DNA of 64,000 nt. Source: a virus. Below, in pieces: positions 51,932 to 61,371 of the stretch. The stretch lies in UHGV virus genome UHGV-0176771. One strand, 5' to 3'. The notes under the pieces are model-generated. The model did no database searches. It was given only the letters and a program-made list of their open reading frames with translations, and was not told where the DNA came from. Each line of letters begins with the position of its first letter. Within the stretch, counting starts at the first letter, position 1. A program made the translations under genes and the position numbers.

Positions 51932-52186
51932 ATGATGATTAAGACATTAAAAGATACAGTAGAATTGATGAACAGCGAAGATTATAGAGATCGGTTTGTC
52001 GCTGAATATAAACAGCTTGTAATTAGATATAAAGGATTAATGAATATGTTGGATAAATGGGATAGAGGAGAGTTGAATTTTGAACCGACTTGTCCAAGAA
52101 GTACATATAATATGCAGATTAAAGCAATGACAGATTATATTGTAGTTCTTGAGGCGAGAGCGGTTATGGAAGGAATTATATTATAA
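51932..52186 (+). CDS. hypothetical protein (84 aa from ATG 51932)
   Basis: RBS TTTGGAGGGATA then ATGATG 51932. ORF track starts at 51911. Confidence 0.45.
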   Translation: MMIKTLKDTVELMNSEDYRDRFVAEYKQLVIRYKGLMNMLDKWDRGELNFEPTCPRSTYNMQIKAMTDYIVVLEARAVMEGIIL

Positions 52187-52281
52187 AAATAGAATAAATA
52201 AGCACAACAGTTATGAATTTTTAAGAAAGGATAAATGTTCACATGTGAGTAAAGCTGCGCAGCTACTAAGGTGAACTAAAA

Positions 52282-53280
52282 TTGAAAAATTATATTCCCC
52301 AAAAGGCAAGTTCGATTGAAGAGTTAATCAAAGATTGTCCCAAAAATCAAGTTATTCTTGATAATCTAATAAGAGCGTGGGCGATTATTAATAGTCCTAA
52401 ATATAAAAAAATATTATGTAGTATTTCAGGTGGATCTGACAGCGATATTATGTTGGATATTGTTTGGAGATGTGATAAAGACAACAAGGTTGATTACGTT
52501 TGGTTTGATACTGGACTTGAATATCAAGCGACAAAAGACCATTTGGAATATCTTGAGAGAAAATATGATATAAAATTTATTCGCAAAAAAGCAATTAAGC
52601 CTATTCCTATTGCTTGTAAAGAACATGGGAAACCATTCATTTCTAAAAATGTTAGTGAATTTATACAAAGATTACAACGACATAATTTTCAATGGGAAGA
52701 TGAATCTTTTGATGTATTAATAAAAAAATATCCTAAGTGTCAATCTGCTCTTGAATGGTGGTGCAATACTAAAGGGGAAAATTCTCAATTTAATATAAAG
52801 AATAAGAAATGGTTGAAAGAATTTATGATTAAAAATCCACCAGTATTTAAGATTTCAAACAAGTGTTGTACTTACGCAAAAAAGAAAGTTGCGAATAAAA
52901 TATTAAAAGAAAATAAATATGATTTGAATATCATAGGTGTGAGAAAATCTGAAGGTGGTGCTAGAGCAACAGCATACAAAAATTGTTTTGATGATACTGA
53001 TGGAGACTATGATAATTACAGACCTATTTTTTGGTACAGAGATCAAGATAAGATTGATTATGAAAATACATATGGAATTATACATAGCAATTGTTATACA
53101 GAATATGGATTAAAACGTACGGGTTGTGTTGGATGTCCATATGGAAGAAATTTCGAGGATGAATTAGAAGTAGTAAAACAATATGAGCCAAAACTATACA
53201 AGGCTGTTTGTAATATATTTAAGGATTCTTATGAGTATACACGACAATACAAAGAGTTTATAGAAAATATGAAAGGTTAG
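52282..53280 (+). CDS. PP-loop ATP pyrophosphatase superfamily protein, PAPS-reductase-like (332 aa, TTG start)
   Basis: PP-loop ILCSISGGSDSDIMLDIV (SGGxDS). C-terminal cysteine cluster KCC...CVGCPYG as in Fe-S APS/PAPS reductase or DndC/QueC-type enzymes. Confidence 0.65.
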   Translation: MKNYIPQKASSIEELIKDCPKNQVILDNLIRAWAIINSPKYKKILCSISGGSDSDIMLDIVWRCDKDNKVDYVWFDTGLEYQATKDHLEYLERKYDIKFIRKKAIKPIPIACKEHGKPFISKNVSEFIQRLQRHNFQWEDESFDVLIKKYPKCQSALEWWCNTKGENSQFNIKNKKWLKEFMIKNPPVFKISNKCCTYAKKKVANKILKENKYDLNIIGVRKSEGGARATAYKNCFDDTDGDYDNYRPIFWYRDQDKIDYENTYGIIHSNCYTEYGLKRTGCVGCPYGRNFEDELEVVKQYEPKLYKAVCNIFKDSYEYTRQYKEFIENMKG

Positions 53281-53304
53281 TTTCGTTTGGAGGTGTATTA
53301 AGTT

Positions 53305-53550
53305 TTGACAGTTAAAGATCTGATTAAGAATAAAGATTACGATTACATCTCATGTAGATTAAAGATTCCAAAAGATAAAGAAAAATATTACGGAAAATCC
53401 ATATTCATTGGTTGCGCTGCGAGTAAGAATGGGAAACTGATTTCCATGGATGGAGACACCTATGAAGAAGATGATACAGTCTTGGAATATGAAGAGTGGA
53501 GTAAACCAGAAGAGAATATAAAGAGTGGATTAACTGTGGTGATAGATTGA
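53305..53550 (+). CDS. hypothetical protein (81 aa, TTG start)
   Basis: ORF track. RBS TTTGGAGGTGTATTAAGT then TTG. Confidence 0.45.
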   Translation: MTVKDLIKNKDYDYISCRLKIPKDKEKYYGKSIFIGCAASKNGKLISMDGDTYEEDDTVLEYEEWSKPEENIKSGLTVVID

Positions 53551-53579
53551 ATAGCATATAAAACAAGCGAGGTGATAGT

Positions 53580-54095
53580 ATGACCGATTATCAAAAACAG
53601 TTAGTAACTGACAATCATAATTTGATTTATAGATTTTTACAGAAAGAAAAATTAAATATGGAAGATTGGTATGATTTGGCTGCAATTGGAATGTGTAAAG
53701 CAGCGAAAACATTTAATGAAGGAACGTCCAAATTTTCTACATATGCATTCAAATGTATGTTTAATGAAGTGTATAGCGAAAAGAAAAAAGAATTGCGTCA
53801 GAGGGCAATTCCAAAAAATGAGATTCTATATTATAACACAGAGTACGAGAATGAATCCGGAAACAAGGTAGAATTTATTGATAAAATTCAATCGGATCAA
53901 AATGTTGAAAACGATTGTATTCATAAAGTTGCTATTCGAAATGCATTTAATAAAATGAAAGAAAAACATAAACCTATCATCTCATTATTTTTGCAAGGAT
54001 ATAAACAAGTGGAAATAATGAAAATTGCTGGATGTTCTCAGCCACATGTTTCGAGAGTAATGAAGAAATTTGTAGATGAATATGCGAGATGTTGA
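53580..54095 (+). CDS. Sigma-70-family RNA polymerase sigma factor (171 aa)
   Basis: Region 2-like NLIYRFLQK...DWYDLAAIGMCKAAKTFNEGTSKFSTYAFKCMFNEV and region 4 HTH ISLFLQGYKQVEIMKIAGCSQPHVSRVMKKF. RBS AGCGAGGTGATAGT then ATG. Confidence 0.75.
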   Translation: MTDYQKQLVTDNHNLIYRFLQKEKLNMEDWYDLAAIGMCKAAKTFNEGTSKFSTYAFKCMFNEVYSEKKKELRQRAIPKNEILYYNTEYENESGNKVEFIDKIQSDQNVENDCIHKVAIRNAFNKMKEKHKPIISLFLQGYKQVEIMKIAGCSQPHVSRVMKKFVDEYARC

Positions 54096-54115
54096 GATAA
54101 AAGGAGAATCAATTT

Positions 54116-54676
54116 ATGCCAATAGTAAGAAGCGTAGATAGTGTACATATTGAATATACAATTCCATCAGATATTAAAATTTTGATCACAGATGATTTTT
54201 TGAATGAATTTTTATATCAACTTATTCGAATTGCAGGAATTTCACCGTACGACTTTGCAGACGAAGGAATTGAGTATGTGACGGGAACGTGCTCGTGGTA
54301 TGCAGCTTTTGGAAAAGCTTGTATTGACACAGATAATAAGAAATTATTTGATTATAGAAATTCACTGGAATGGTATGATTCAGATATTTTTGATTCAGAA
54401 ATAATTGGGGTTTTAATTGAGAAAGAATTCATCCTAGGATATAAGATTGATATTATCAAAAGAGAACTTGATGTTGAATTTGAAGATGTAGATGTGTGTG
54501 ATAAATGCGGGATGCTAATGCGAACAGATATCCTTATTAAAAACGGAGAAGGATATATATGTCCATATTGTAAAGATGTAGATGATGGAGATAAATATGA
54601 AAATGGAACATCTGATTATTATAGGGAGATATGTAGAGAAGTAGACGAATATAGGGGAAATAATAATGAGCGATAA
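54116..54676 (+). CDS. hypothetical protein with C-terminal zinc ribbon (186 aa)
   Basis: ORF track. CDKCGM...CPYCKD. RBS AAAAGGAGAATCAATTT then ATG. Confidence 0.5.
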   Translation: MPIVRSVDSVHIEYTIPSDIKILITDDFLNEFLYQLIRIAGISPYDFADEGIEYVTGTCSWYAAFGKACIDTDNKKLFDYRNSLEWYDSDIFDSEIIGVLIEKEFILGYKIDIIKRELDVEFEDVDVCDKCGMLMRTDILIKNGEGYICPYCKDVDDGDKYENGTSDYYREICREVDEYRGNNNER

Positions 54677-55037
54677 AGAATTATGCGATGAGTACTTTCT
54701 GAATCGTGGATACAAAAAATACGACAAAACACAATTCCAGAGATCAGATATATATTTGTATAATTTTCAAAAAAGATTTGATGATGAAAAAGGCAAGAAA
54801 TATTTTATTGATGTACATAAAATATCGAACGAATGGATGCCGGAACACGATAAAAGTAAAGAGTGGTACAAGCCATTTCAATATACATATTCTTGTCAGT
54901 TATATAAGAAAGATACTCATGCACCTGTAAATATGGAATTCTTTTCTGATTGGACGATTGAGCAGGTAGAGAAGTTTGTTGAAAAACTATTTCAGAATGG
55001 TGAATTGGATTATTACGAAAGGTGGGATGAAGAGTGA
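54666..55037 (+). CDS. hypothetical protein (123 aa)
   Basis: ORF track. Overlaps the upstream gene by 11 nt. Confidence 0.5.
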   Translation: MSDKELCDEYFLNRGYKKYDKTQFQRSDIYLYNFQKRFDDEKGKKYFIDVHKISNEWMPEHDKSKEWYKPFQYTYSCQLYKKDTHAPVNMEFFSDWTIEQVEKFVEKLFQNGELDYYERWDEE

Positions 55038-55098
55038 ATAAATATTGTGCAAGCAAGGATGGATATATAGTTTTTGAAGATGGAGGGGGGTAAACCCA

Positions 55099-55326
55099 AT
55101 GTGTTATGGTGCTTCCGAAAGGTGGTTCCAGGATTACGATAAAGCAATGGAGTATGCCATAGGTATTGTATTAAAAAGAGTCAATGAATTCAAAGATCGT
55201 ATAGATTATAACTCCGTTGTAGTTTATGGGGGAAGCGAAGAACATTTGAAGTTAAATTCTGTTTCTGACAGGGGAAGGACAATCTTTCAATGGAATAATT
55301 ATGGAATGAATGTACGTAATAAATAA
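55099..55326 (+). CDS. hypothetical protein (75 aa)
   Basis: ORF track. RBS GATGGAGGGGGGTAAACCCA then ATG. Confidence 0.45.
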   Translation: MCYGASERWFQDYDKAMEYAIGIVLKRVNEFKDRIDYNSVVVYGGSEEHLKLNSVSDRGRTIFQWNNYGMNVRNK

Positions 55327-55341
55327 AGCGAGGTGTGAATA

Positions 55342-55644
55342 ATGAGAAAATTATCTGAAGAAAATTTCGATACAATTAGACAATATAACAAAAATTTGAG
55401 TGAATTATATTTGATGGTAGAAAACGGATGTCAATCAGATATTACTGTTAATGATATGACAGAATGTATGGAGTGTATTTGTTCATTGATAAAAACAAAT
55501 ACAATGGCTAATACATCTACTGACATGCATAAAAAAGATATTGAAATTTTACGCGAGATTATTTGTGATCAGGCAATTAAGATTCAGAAACAGAAGAAAG
55601 AAATGGAGCGATTTAAATATGAAGATTTGTACCGGAGCATGTAA
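55342..55644 (+). CDS. hypothetical protein (100 aa)
   Basis: ORF track. RBS AGCGAGGTGTGAATA then ATG. Confidence 0.5.
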   Translation: MRKLSEENFDTIRQYNKNLSELYLMVENGCQSDITVNDMTECMECICSLIKTNTMANTSTDMHKKDIEILREIICDQAIKIQKQKKEMERFKYEDLYRSM

Positions 55645-55789
55645 AAATTGTAGCGAAAAACCAGAGCCAGAGTGTGGAGAGATTTGCAGAGAAATGGCTG
55701 AATTGCAGCTTGATTTATTAAATGAGATTCTGCTTACAGAACTCACAGAAAAACAGGCGGATTTAGTAAATAAATGGTGTCATTTATAA
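55619..55789 (+). CDS. small Cys-rich protein (56 aa from ATG 55619)
   Basis: MKICTGACKNCSEKPEPECGEICREMAELQLDLLNEI... ORF-track start 55541 is an unlikely long 5' extension. Confidence 0.4.
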   Translation: MKICTGACKNCSEKPEPECGEICREMAELQLDLLNEILLTELTEKQADLVNKWCHL

Positions 55790-55812
55790 AAATAGGAAGG
55801 ATGACTGATTAT

Positions 55813-56055
55813 ATGAAAATTGTATCGAATAAGAAAATGATGACAAATGTAATGAATATTAAATCAGGACATGTATTTTGCTTCAGAGAAACTTACTATA
55901 TGAAACTTGCAGATATCGGAGAAAATTGTGCGGTGAATTTATTAGATGGACTTGTTTACAGTAACTCATTCTTTAAGTCGGATGTCTATGAAGTTTATGC
56001 AGAACTACATGTAAAAGATAATCCTAAAGATAATAATGTAATCGTGCAAGAATAA
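55813..56055 (+). CDS. hypothetical protein (80 aa from ATG 55813)
   Basis: RBS ATAGGAAGGATGACTGATTAT then ATG 55813. ORF track starts at 55774. Confidence 0.45.
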   Translation: MKIVSNKKMMTNVMNIKSGHVFCFRETYYMKLADIGENCAVNLLDGLVYSNSFFKSDVYEVYAELHVKDNPKDNNVIVQE

Positions 56056-56090
56056 TTTGAAAGAGAACTTTTATTCAGGAGAATAAAAAT

Positions 56091-56384
56091 ATGAACAAGC
56101 AATTTATTGATAAACAAAAATTGGCGGAGCAGTTTGTAAAAGAGACAGGATTTTCTCCTGGTCAAGTTGGAGTTGGATACATTGACGATTTGATTGATAA
56201 ACAGCCGGTAGCTTTTGATATGGATAGGGTTATTGATCAAATCAGATTGTATGCAGCATTAAATGGAGAATTTATTTGCGGAGATAATTCAATGGATGAA
56301 ACTGTTTATATTCCAGTTAATATTGCTATTGAGATTGTAAAGTTATGTGGAATTGGAGATCCGTATAGATTACTTAGAAAGTAG
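56091..56384 (+). CDS. hypothetical protein (97 aa)
   Basis: ORF track. RBS TTCAGGAGAATAAAAAT then ATG. Confidence 0.5.
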   Translation: MNKQFIDKQKLAEQFVKETGFSPGQVGVGYIDDLIDKQPVAFDMDRVIDQIRLYAALNGEFICGDNSMDETVYIPVNIAIEIVKLCGIGDPYRLLRK

Positions 56385-56391
56385 GTGAAAT

Positions 56392-57144
56392 ATGAAACAG
56401 GGATTTGAGAAAAGATTTAAAAATGGAGATATTGTTTATTGGTGTCATAGTGAAGGGAATGGAAGATACACAGTAAAATATGGAATGGTAGATGAGCAGT
56501 TTTCTGATGCGGTTGTGATTGATCATTTAACTGCAAGGGAAAGAAGATTAGTAAATGGAATCCCAATTGATGAGTTTGAGAGCGAAACAAAATACAAGAA
56601 GCTTCCAAAAGGTTGGACATATGATACTAGGTTATTTGAAATTACACATTCTGATTTAACAGACGAAGAAATTTCATTTCTTATCGATTTTAAGAAACCA
56701 GAAATGATTAAGAAAGGATATGATTTTGGATATTTGGTAAAGGATTGTACAATTTTCCACGGCGTAATTGAAAATGAAATTACAAAGGACGGATATAGAA
56801 TTGTAAAGAAATATCCAATGTGGAAACATCATATTGATCATGTATCTATTCGTCCGGACAAAGTCTATTTTACATATGAAGAAGCAAAATCCGAAGTAAA
56901 CAAAAATGTAAAAGAGTTTGAAAGACAATTATCGTTAACGGATTATGAATGGTCAGTAGAGCATATTTGTAAGAATTTAGACATTTTTAAAGCAATTCAT
57001 GGTTTATCCGAGAGAGATATTGATTCTTATAGAGAATTTATCCTTGGTATGGATAATGTAGAGAATATAGAAACCAGAATTTACCAAGGACAGATCCAGT
57101 GGAAATATGAAGATAAGAAAAGATGGAATTATATTGAATTGTAA
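56392..57144 (+). CDS. hypothetical protein (250 aa)
   Basis: ORF track. RBS AGTAGGTGAAAT then ATG. Confidence 0.55.
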   Translation: MKQGFEKRFKNGDIVYWCHSEGNGRYTVKYGMVDEQFSDAVVIDHLTARERRLVNGIPIDEFESETKYKKLPKGWTYDTRLFEITHSDLTDEEISFLIDFKKPEMIKKGYDFGYLVKDCTIFHGVIENEITKDGYRIVKKYPMWKHHIDHVSIRPDKVYFTYEEAKSEVNKNVKEFERQLSLTDYEWSVEHICKNLDIFKAIHGLSERDIDSYREFILGMDNVENIETRIYQGQIQWKYEDKKRWNYIEL

Positions 57145-57158
57145 GGGAGAATAAATGA

Positions 57159-57374
57159 ATGTGTGGAATATATAGATATGATAAATGTTTGAGATGTGGA
57201 CGTGGAAATATTTTATATATTTCTGAACAAGAACATGATTATGAGTGGACGTGTAAAAATTGTAATCATGTAAATAGAAAATTAAATAAATGGGTACAAC
57301 CTCCTAATTTAAAGAGAAGAGTTTCGTTAGGCTGGATTCCATTAGAGGAGTTAAAAAAATATGAAAAAAGTTGA
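57159..57374 (+). CDS. zinc-ribbon protein (71 aa)
   Basis: CLRCGRG...CKNCNH. RBS AAGGGAGAATAAATGA then ATG. Confidence 0.5.
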   Translation: MCGIYRYDKCLRCGRGNILYISEQEHDYEWTCKNCNHVNRKLNKWVQPPNLKRRVSLGWIPLEELKKYEKS

Positions 57375-57603
57375 AGAGAGATACTATTGTGATATATGCG
57401 GTAAAGAGTGTGAACATACGCCTGATTATGTGTTACCGGAGTTGTTTACAGGAGCTTTTCAAAATGTAAAAGTTAATTCTGTAGAAAAGGATTTATGTCC
57501 TGAATGTGAAAAAGAAATTGCTAGTATCGTGCGACTATTAAAAGGAAGCCATACTATCAGTATTGCGAATCAAAATGGAGAATCATTTACTATTGTAAAA
57601 TAA
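57361..57603 (+). CDS. zinc-ribbon protein (80 aa)
   Basis: CDICGKEC...CPECEKE. Overlaps the upstream gene by 14 nt. Confidence 0.5.
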   Translation: MKKVEERYYCDICGKECEHTPDYVLPELFTGAFQNVKVNSVEKDLCPECEKEIASIVRLLKGSHTISIANQNGESFTIVK

Positions 57604-57645
57604 ATTCTTGGTTTTATATTGCAGCAGAACGGAGGGTGGATTTTA

Positions 57646-57951
57646 GTGATTATTGTATCGTGGATTTTTGTAGGTTTTCTTTCATGGCTGTTTTTGCTTC
57701 TTAGTACTTTAAGGAAAAGTGAATATAACAAAGAAGATTTAAAGGATTATTTTAATGTAAGAGATTTATCGTGTATATGTTTATGCGGATGGTTTTCACC
57801 TGTAATTATATTTGTAATCATATTACTTTGCTACATAGCTGATAAACTTGAATCACGAAAGTGTAGTTTTCGTGAATGGTTATACGATATTCTTTATAAA
57901 ATAGCGAACGTTGGAGTAAATCAAAAAGAGAATAAGAAAAAAGAGGACTAA
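57646..57951 (+). CDS. membrane protein (101 aa from GTG 57646), two TM helices
   Basis: RBS GGAGGGTGGATTTTA then GTG. VIIVSWIFVGFLSWLFLLL and ICLCGWFSPVIIFVIILLCYIA hydrophobic segments. Confidence 0.45.
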   Translation: MIIVSWIFVGFLSWLFLLLSTLRKSEYNKEDLKDYFNVRDLSCICLCGWFSPVIIFVIILLCYIADKLESRKCSFREWLYDILYKIANVGVNQKENKKKED

Positions 57952-57953
57952 TT

Positions 57954-58367
57954 ATGCTGGTGAGATCAGAGAGAACATGTAGGACAGTTCAGGACGCAGT
58001 TGATTTTATTATGGACGAATGTAAAAACAAAAATATGCGCATTGACCGTCTTGTAAAAGAGAATAAAAGACTGACAGACGAATATAGCAAAGATGAAGAA
58101 ATTCAGAAGATGAATCAACAGTTAGATAATATGAGAGAAGATCTTCTGCGCGGATTTCCAATTACAGAGATTGAAAATGAGAGAATTAAGGAATGGAAGA
58201 ATGAACACGAAGAAAAAGTTCATGGAATTACAAAATCTTCTAAAAAGATTAGGTATGGTGGAGCAATTGGCGGAAGCTATACATATAAATTTACACCAAC
58301 ATCAATTGGAGTGTTTGGAACAGTTGAGTGTAGCTGCGGAGAGCGATTTGATTTTTCGGAATTGTAA
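57954..58367 (+). CDS. hypothetical protein (137 aa)
   Basis: ORF track. Starts 3 nt after the previous stop. Confidence 0.5.
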   Translation: MLVRSERTCRTVQDAVDFIMDECKNKNMRIDRLVKENKRLTDEYSKDEEIQKMNQQLDNMREDLLRGFPITEIENERIKEWKNEHEEKVHGITKSSKKIRYGGAIGGSYTYKFTPTSIGVFGTVECSCGERFDFSEL

Positions 58368-58470
58368 TTAAATAAAATGGAATAAAATTAATATGTATAT
58401 AGCTTTATTATTTTTTGACTAATTTTTGTTATAGATATTATAAAACATATAGATAAAAGGAGAATAGAGA

Positions 58471-58638
58471 ATGTGGGTAGTATTTTTACTTGCAGCAATG
58501 GGATTTGCGGTTGCTACCTTGTTAGTGATTTACATCGGAAATAAAGTTGTGATTGCAATGAAAAAAGATGATGCAAAATTGAACAAGGATATCAATAAAG
58601 AAAACACAAACGAAAAGGAGAATGTAGCACATGAGTAA
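58471..58638 (+). CDS. small single-TM membrane peptide (55 aa) immediately upstream of the SPFH gene, overlapping it by 8 nt
   Basis: RBS AAAAGGAGAATAGAGA then ATG 58471. MWVVFLLAAMGFAVATLLVIYIGNKVVIAMKKDDAKLNKDINKENTNEKENVAHE. Confidence 0.35.
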   Translation: MWVVFLLAAMGFAVATLLVIYIGNKVVIAMKKDDAKLNKDINKENTNEKENVAHE

Positions 58639-59473
58639 AAAGGGATTAGTATTGGGAGTTGTTGTAGCTGTAGCAGTTGTAGGAGGAGTGTTTACTGTTA
58701 AATCTGTAGAGAGAATTGGAACCGGTAAATTAGGAGTGCAGTATTCAGTAAATGGGATTAAAGAAGAGACATTGTCCGAGGGGTGGCATTTTATTAATCC
58801 ATTCTTAAAGATTAAGGAATTTTCCATTGGGAATGAACAGCTTGTACTTGAAAAGGGCAAAGAAGATAATTCAATTAAGGTTGCTACTTCAGATGATGCA
58901 AGTATTTCAGTAAGTTTTCAGATGTCGTATCGGTATAAACCAGAAGAAGTAGTTTCTACATATAAGAAGTTCCGCGGTATGGACGGAGAAGACATCGTTG
59001 ATCAGAGAGTGAAATCCGTACTCAAATCGAAAATTTCAGAAGTGACATCTGGATATTCCATGATGGACGTATATTCAGGAAGTCGTACTGAAATTAACAA
59101 TAAAATTACAGAATATTTAAATGAAGTATTTGGCAAAGAATATGGAATTGAAGTGCTTGATGCGTCTATTATTGATGTCCATCCGGATGACAAATTAAAG
59201 GAATCTATCGATGCTAGAGTTAAAGCGCTTCAGGAGAAACAGCAAGCAGAGGCGGAGCAGGAGAAGGTAAAAGTTCAGAAAGAGACTGAAAAAATTCAGG
59301 CAGAAGCAGATGCTCAGATTGAAATTACAAAGGCGAAAGCTGAAGCGGAGGCTAACAGATTAAAGTCAGAATCGATTACAGATGAACTGATCAGAATGAA
59401 AGAAGCAGAAGCTCACATGGAACATGGATTTGTAACAGTGAATGGAGCAAATACTGTTGTAACGGACAAATAA
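58631..59473 (+). CDS. SPFH / band-7 (stomatin-prohibitin-flotillin-HflKC) domain membrane protein (280 aa)
   Basis: N-terminal TM LVLGVVVAVAVVGGVF. SPFH-like core (GTGKLGVQYSVNGI...HFINPFLKIKEFSIGNEQLVLE...). C-terminal Ala/Glu/Gln-rich coiled coil typical of HflK/C/YqiK. Confidence 0.7.
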   Translation: MSKKGLVLGVVVAVAVVGGVFTVKSVERIGTGKLGVQYSVNGIKEETLSEGWHFINPFLKIKEFSIGNEQLVLEKGKEDNSIKVATSDDASISVSFQMSYRYKPEEVVSTYKKFRGMDGEDIVDQRVKSVLKSKISEVTSGYSMMDVYSGSRTEINNKITEYLNEVFGKEYGIEVLDASIIDVHPDDKLKESIDARVKALQEKQQAEAEQEKVKVQKETEKIQAEADAQIEITKAKAEAEANRLKSESITDELIRMKEAEAHMEHGFVTVNGANTVVTDK

Positions 59474-59551
59474 GAGAATAATATATTAGCTGCATATGGT
59501 GTCACAGCTATATGCAGTATTCCAAAATGACAAGTAAAAGGAGAATGAGAT

Positions 59552-60331
59552 TTGAAATCTATTTATGAAGTAAGTAAAAGATTGGTAATAAATGAAGAAA
59601 TATTTGTTTACATATCTGACGGCAATTTAAGATACATAGAGGATAAAGGCGATATGTACGATACGAAAGAAGTTGTTGATGTTGATTATATTAGGAAAAT
59701 GATAATTGATGAAATTATACCTTGGTCAAAAATAAAAAAATCTCTTATAAAAAAGGAAGAAGTATTTTGTTTTTGGGACGAGTTTGTCGTTAAGATAAAA
59801 AGTAAAAAAATACAAAATGCATATATACACACTCTTTTTAGTAAAAGGAATAGAGTGTTTACATTTGAAGATGCAAAAAAGAAATTGCCGTTAGATGAGT
59901 TTGTTGAGTATTTAAGTGAGCAGGATCAAAAGATTTTTTTAAATAAAACTTTCGTTTTATGGGAGGTGAATAAAGAAATGGGAAGAGATACTGAATTAAA
60001 AAATGCTGAATTGTATCGAGAAAACGGAGAATATTTTTTAGATTTGACGTATGTTGAAAAAGGTTGTGGCAATGAATGCGAATTGAAAATTCCAAAGGTG
60101 AGTTTAAATTTTTTGAATAGTGATTTTTATTTAAAACGTTCATCAGATGGTTATTTTGATAACTGTTCTATTGAATATTGTTATCCTAATCATGTCTCTC
60201 TTAATTTATTTCAAGATGATAATAAAGAATATTTTTATCAAAAACTACTAAAGAAAAAAATGACGATAAAAGACATCGAAAAAGAATTAGGATATGAAAT
60301 TGAACTAATAAATGAGGAAGAAGGTGAATAA
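59552..60331 (+). CDS. hypothetical protein (259 aa, TTG start)
   Basis: ORF track. RBS AAAAGGAGAATGAGAT then TTG. Confidence 0.5.
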   Translation: MKSIYEVSKRLVINEEIFVYISDGNLRYIEDKGDMYDTKEVVDVDYIRKMIIDEIIPWSKIKKSLIKKEEVFCFWDEFVVKIKSKKIQNAYIHTLFSKRNRVFTFEDAKKKLPLDEFVEYLSEQDQKIFLNKTFVLWEVNKEMGRDTELKNAELYRENGEYFLDLTYVEKGCGNECELKIPKVSLNFLNSDFYLKRSSDGYFDNCSIEYCYPNHVSLNLFQDDNKEYFYQKLLKKKMTIKDIEKELGYEIELINEEEGE

Positions 60332-60336
60332 ATAGC

Positions 60337-60861
60337 ATGTCAGAACACGGATTAGATTTTAGCAATATAAGACATGTTAAAGTTTGGCATGAACAGTTTG
60401 AAGCTATTAAAAATAAAGGGGAATTCTTAATTGTAGAAGATAAGACTAATGGTAAATGTGTGTCATTTACAAGAGATAATCCTGAAGGTCGTGAACAAGA
60501 TGAGTCTTATTTAAAATTAAAAAAGATATTAGAAGACACAAGAGAAATTGTAAGAAATTTAGAAAGAAAAAAGGAGAACAAGATTATGAGTAGTGAAAAA
60601 TTTATTGAATTATGTAAAGAAAATGTGGTGAAGTATTTTAATGAAAATGCTGATAAAACAGACAACGTACTTATTACGCAGGAAGATGTATATCTTGTGT
60701 GGTATTGCAAAACGCTACAGAATCATAAAGCATTATTAAGCACAAATATTTCTGACGGTATGTATTACGAACTTACATATAACGGTGATAAAAATGAATT
60801 GTATTTGGACGCTTATAAAAAATGGCAGAATGTAAAAATTAATTTGAACGAAGAGGAGTAA
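60337..60861 (+). CDS. hypothetical protein (174 aa)
   Basis: ORF track. Starts 5 nt after the previous stop. Confidence 0.5.
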   Translation: MSEHGLDFSNIRHVKVWHEQFEAIKNKGEFLIVEDKTNGKCVSFTRDNPEGREQDESYLKLKKILEDTREIVRNLERKKENKIMSSEKFIELCKENVVKYFNENADKTDNVLITQEDVYLVWYCKTLQNHKALLSTNISDGMYYELTYNGDKNELYLDAYKKWQNVKINLNEEE

Positions 60862-60867
60862 TTAAGT

Positions 60868-61371
60868 ATGGAGAATAACATTACAGTAAATATGGAGAAT
60901 CTTTCAGAAGAAGAAAGAGAACAGTTAATGAAATTGATTCAGAAATCCAATGGATCTAAAAGAAAGATTTGGAAGCCGAATTATGGGAGAAAATATTTTT
61001 ATATAAATGACTGCGGTGGAATTATGAATAGCGAATGGTACGATGATAGAATTGATAGTGAATTCTATAAAATTGGCAACTGCTTTAAAACTAAAGAAGG
61101 AGCAGAATTTGAATTAGAAAGAATAAAAGTAAAAACAGAATTGCGTCGATTTTCAGAAGAAAATAATGAGTATGAAATTGATTGGAAAGATAGGAAACAG
61201 GAGAAATGGGTCATTTTTTATAATTGTAAAGAAGAAATCATCAATCCAATGTATGTATATGATTTTTGTATTTGTAATATTTGTTTTACGTCAGAAGAGA
61301 TCGCACGACAGGCAATTAAATCTATTGGCGAGGAACGCTTAAAGAAATATTATTTTGGAATTGAGGATTGA
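60868..61371 (+). CDS. hypothetical protein (167 aa)
   Basis: ORF track. RBS GAAGAGGAGTAATTAAGT then ATG. Confidence 0.5.
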   Translation: MENNITVNMENLSEEEREQLMKLIQKSNGSKRKIWKPNYGRKYFYINDCGGIMNSEWYDDRIDSEFYKIGNCFKTKEGAEFELERIKVKTELRRFSEENNEYEIDWKDRKQEKWVIFYNCKEEIINPMYVYDFCICNICFTSEEIARQAIKSIGEERLKKYYFGIED

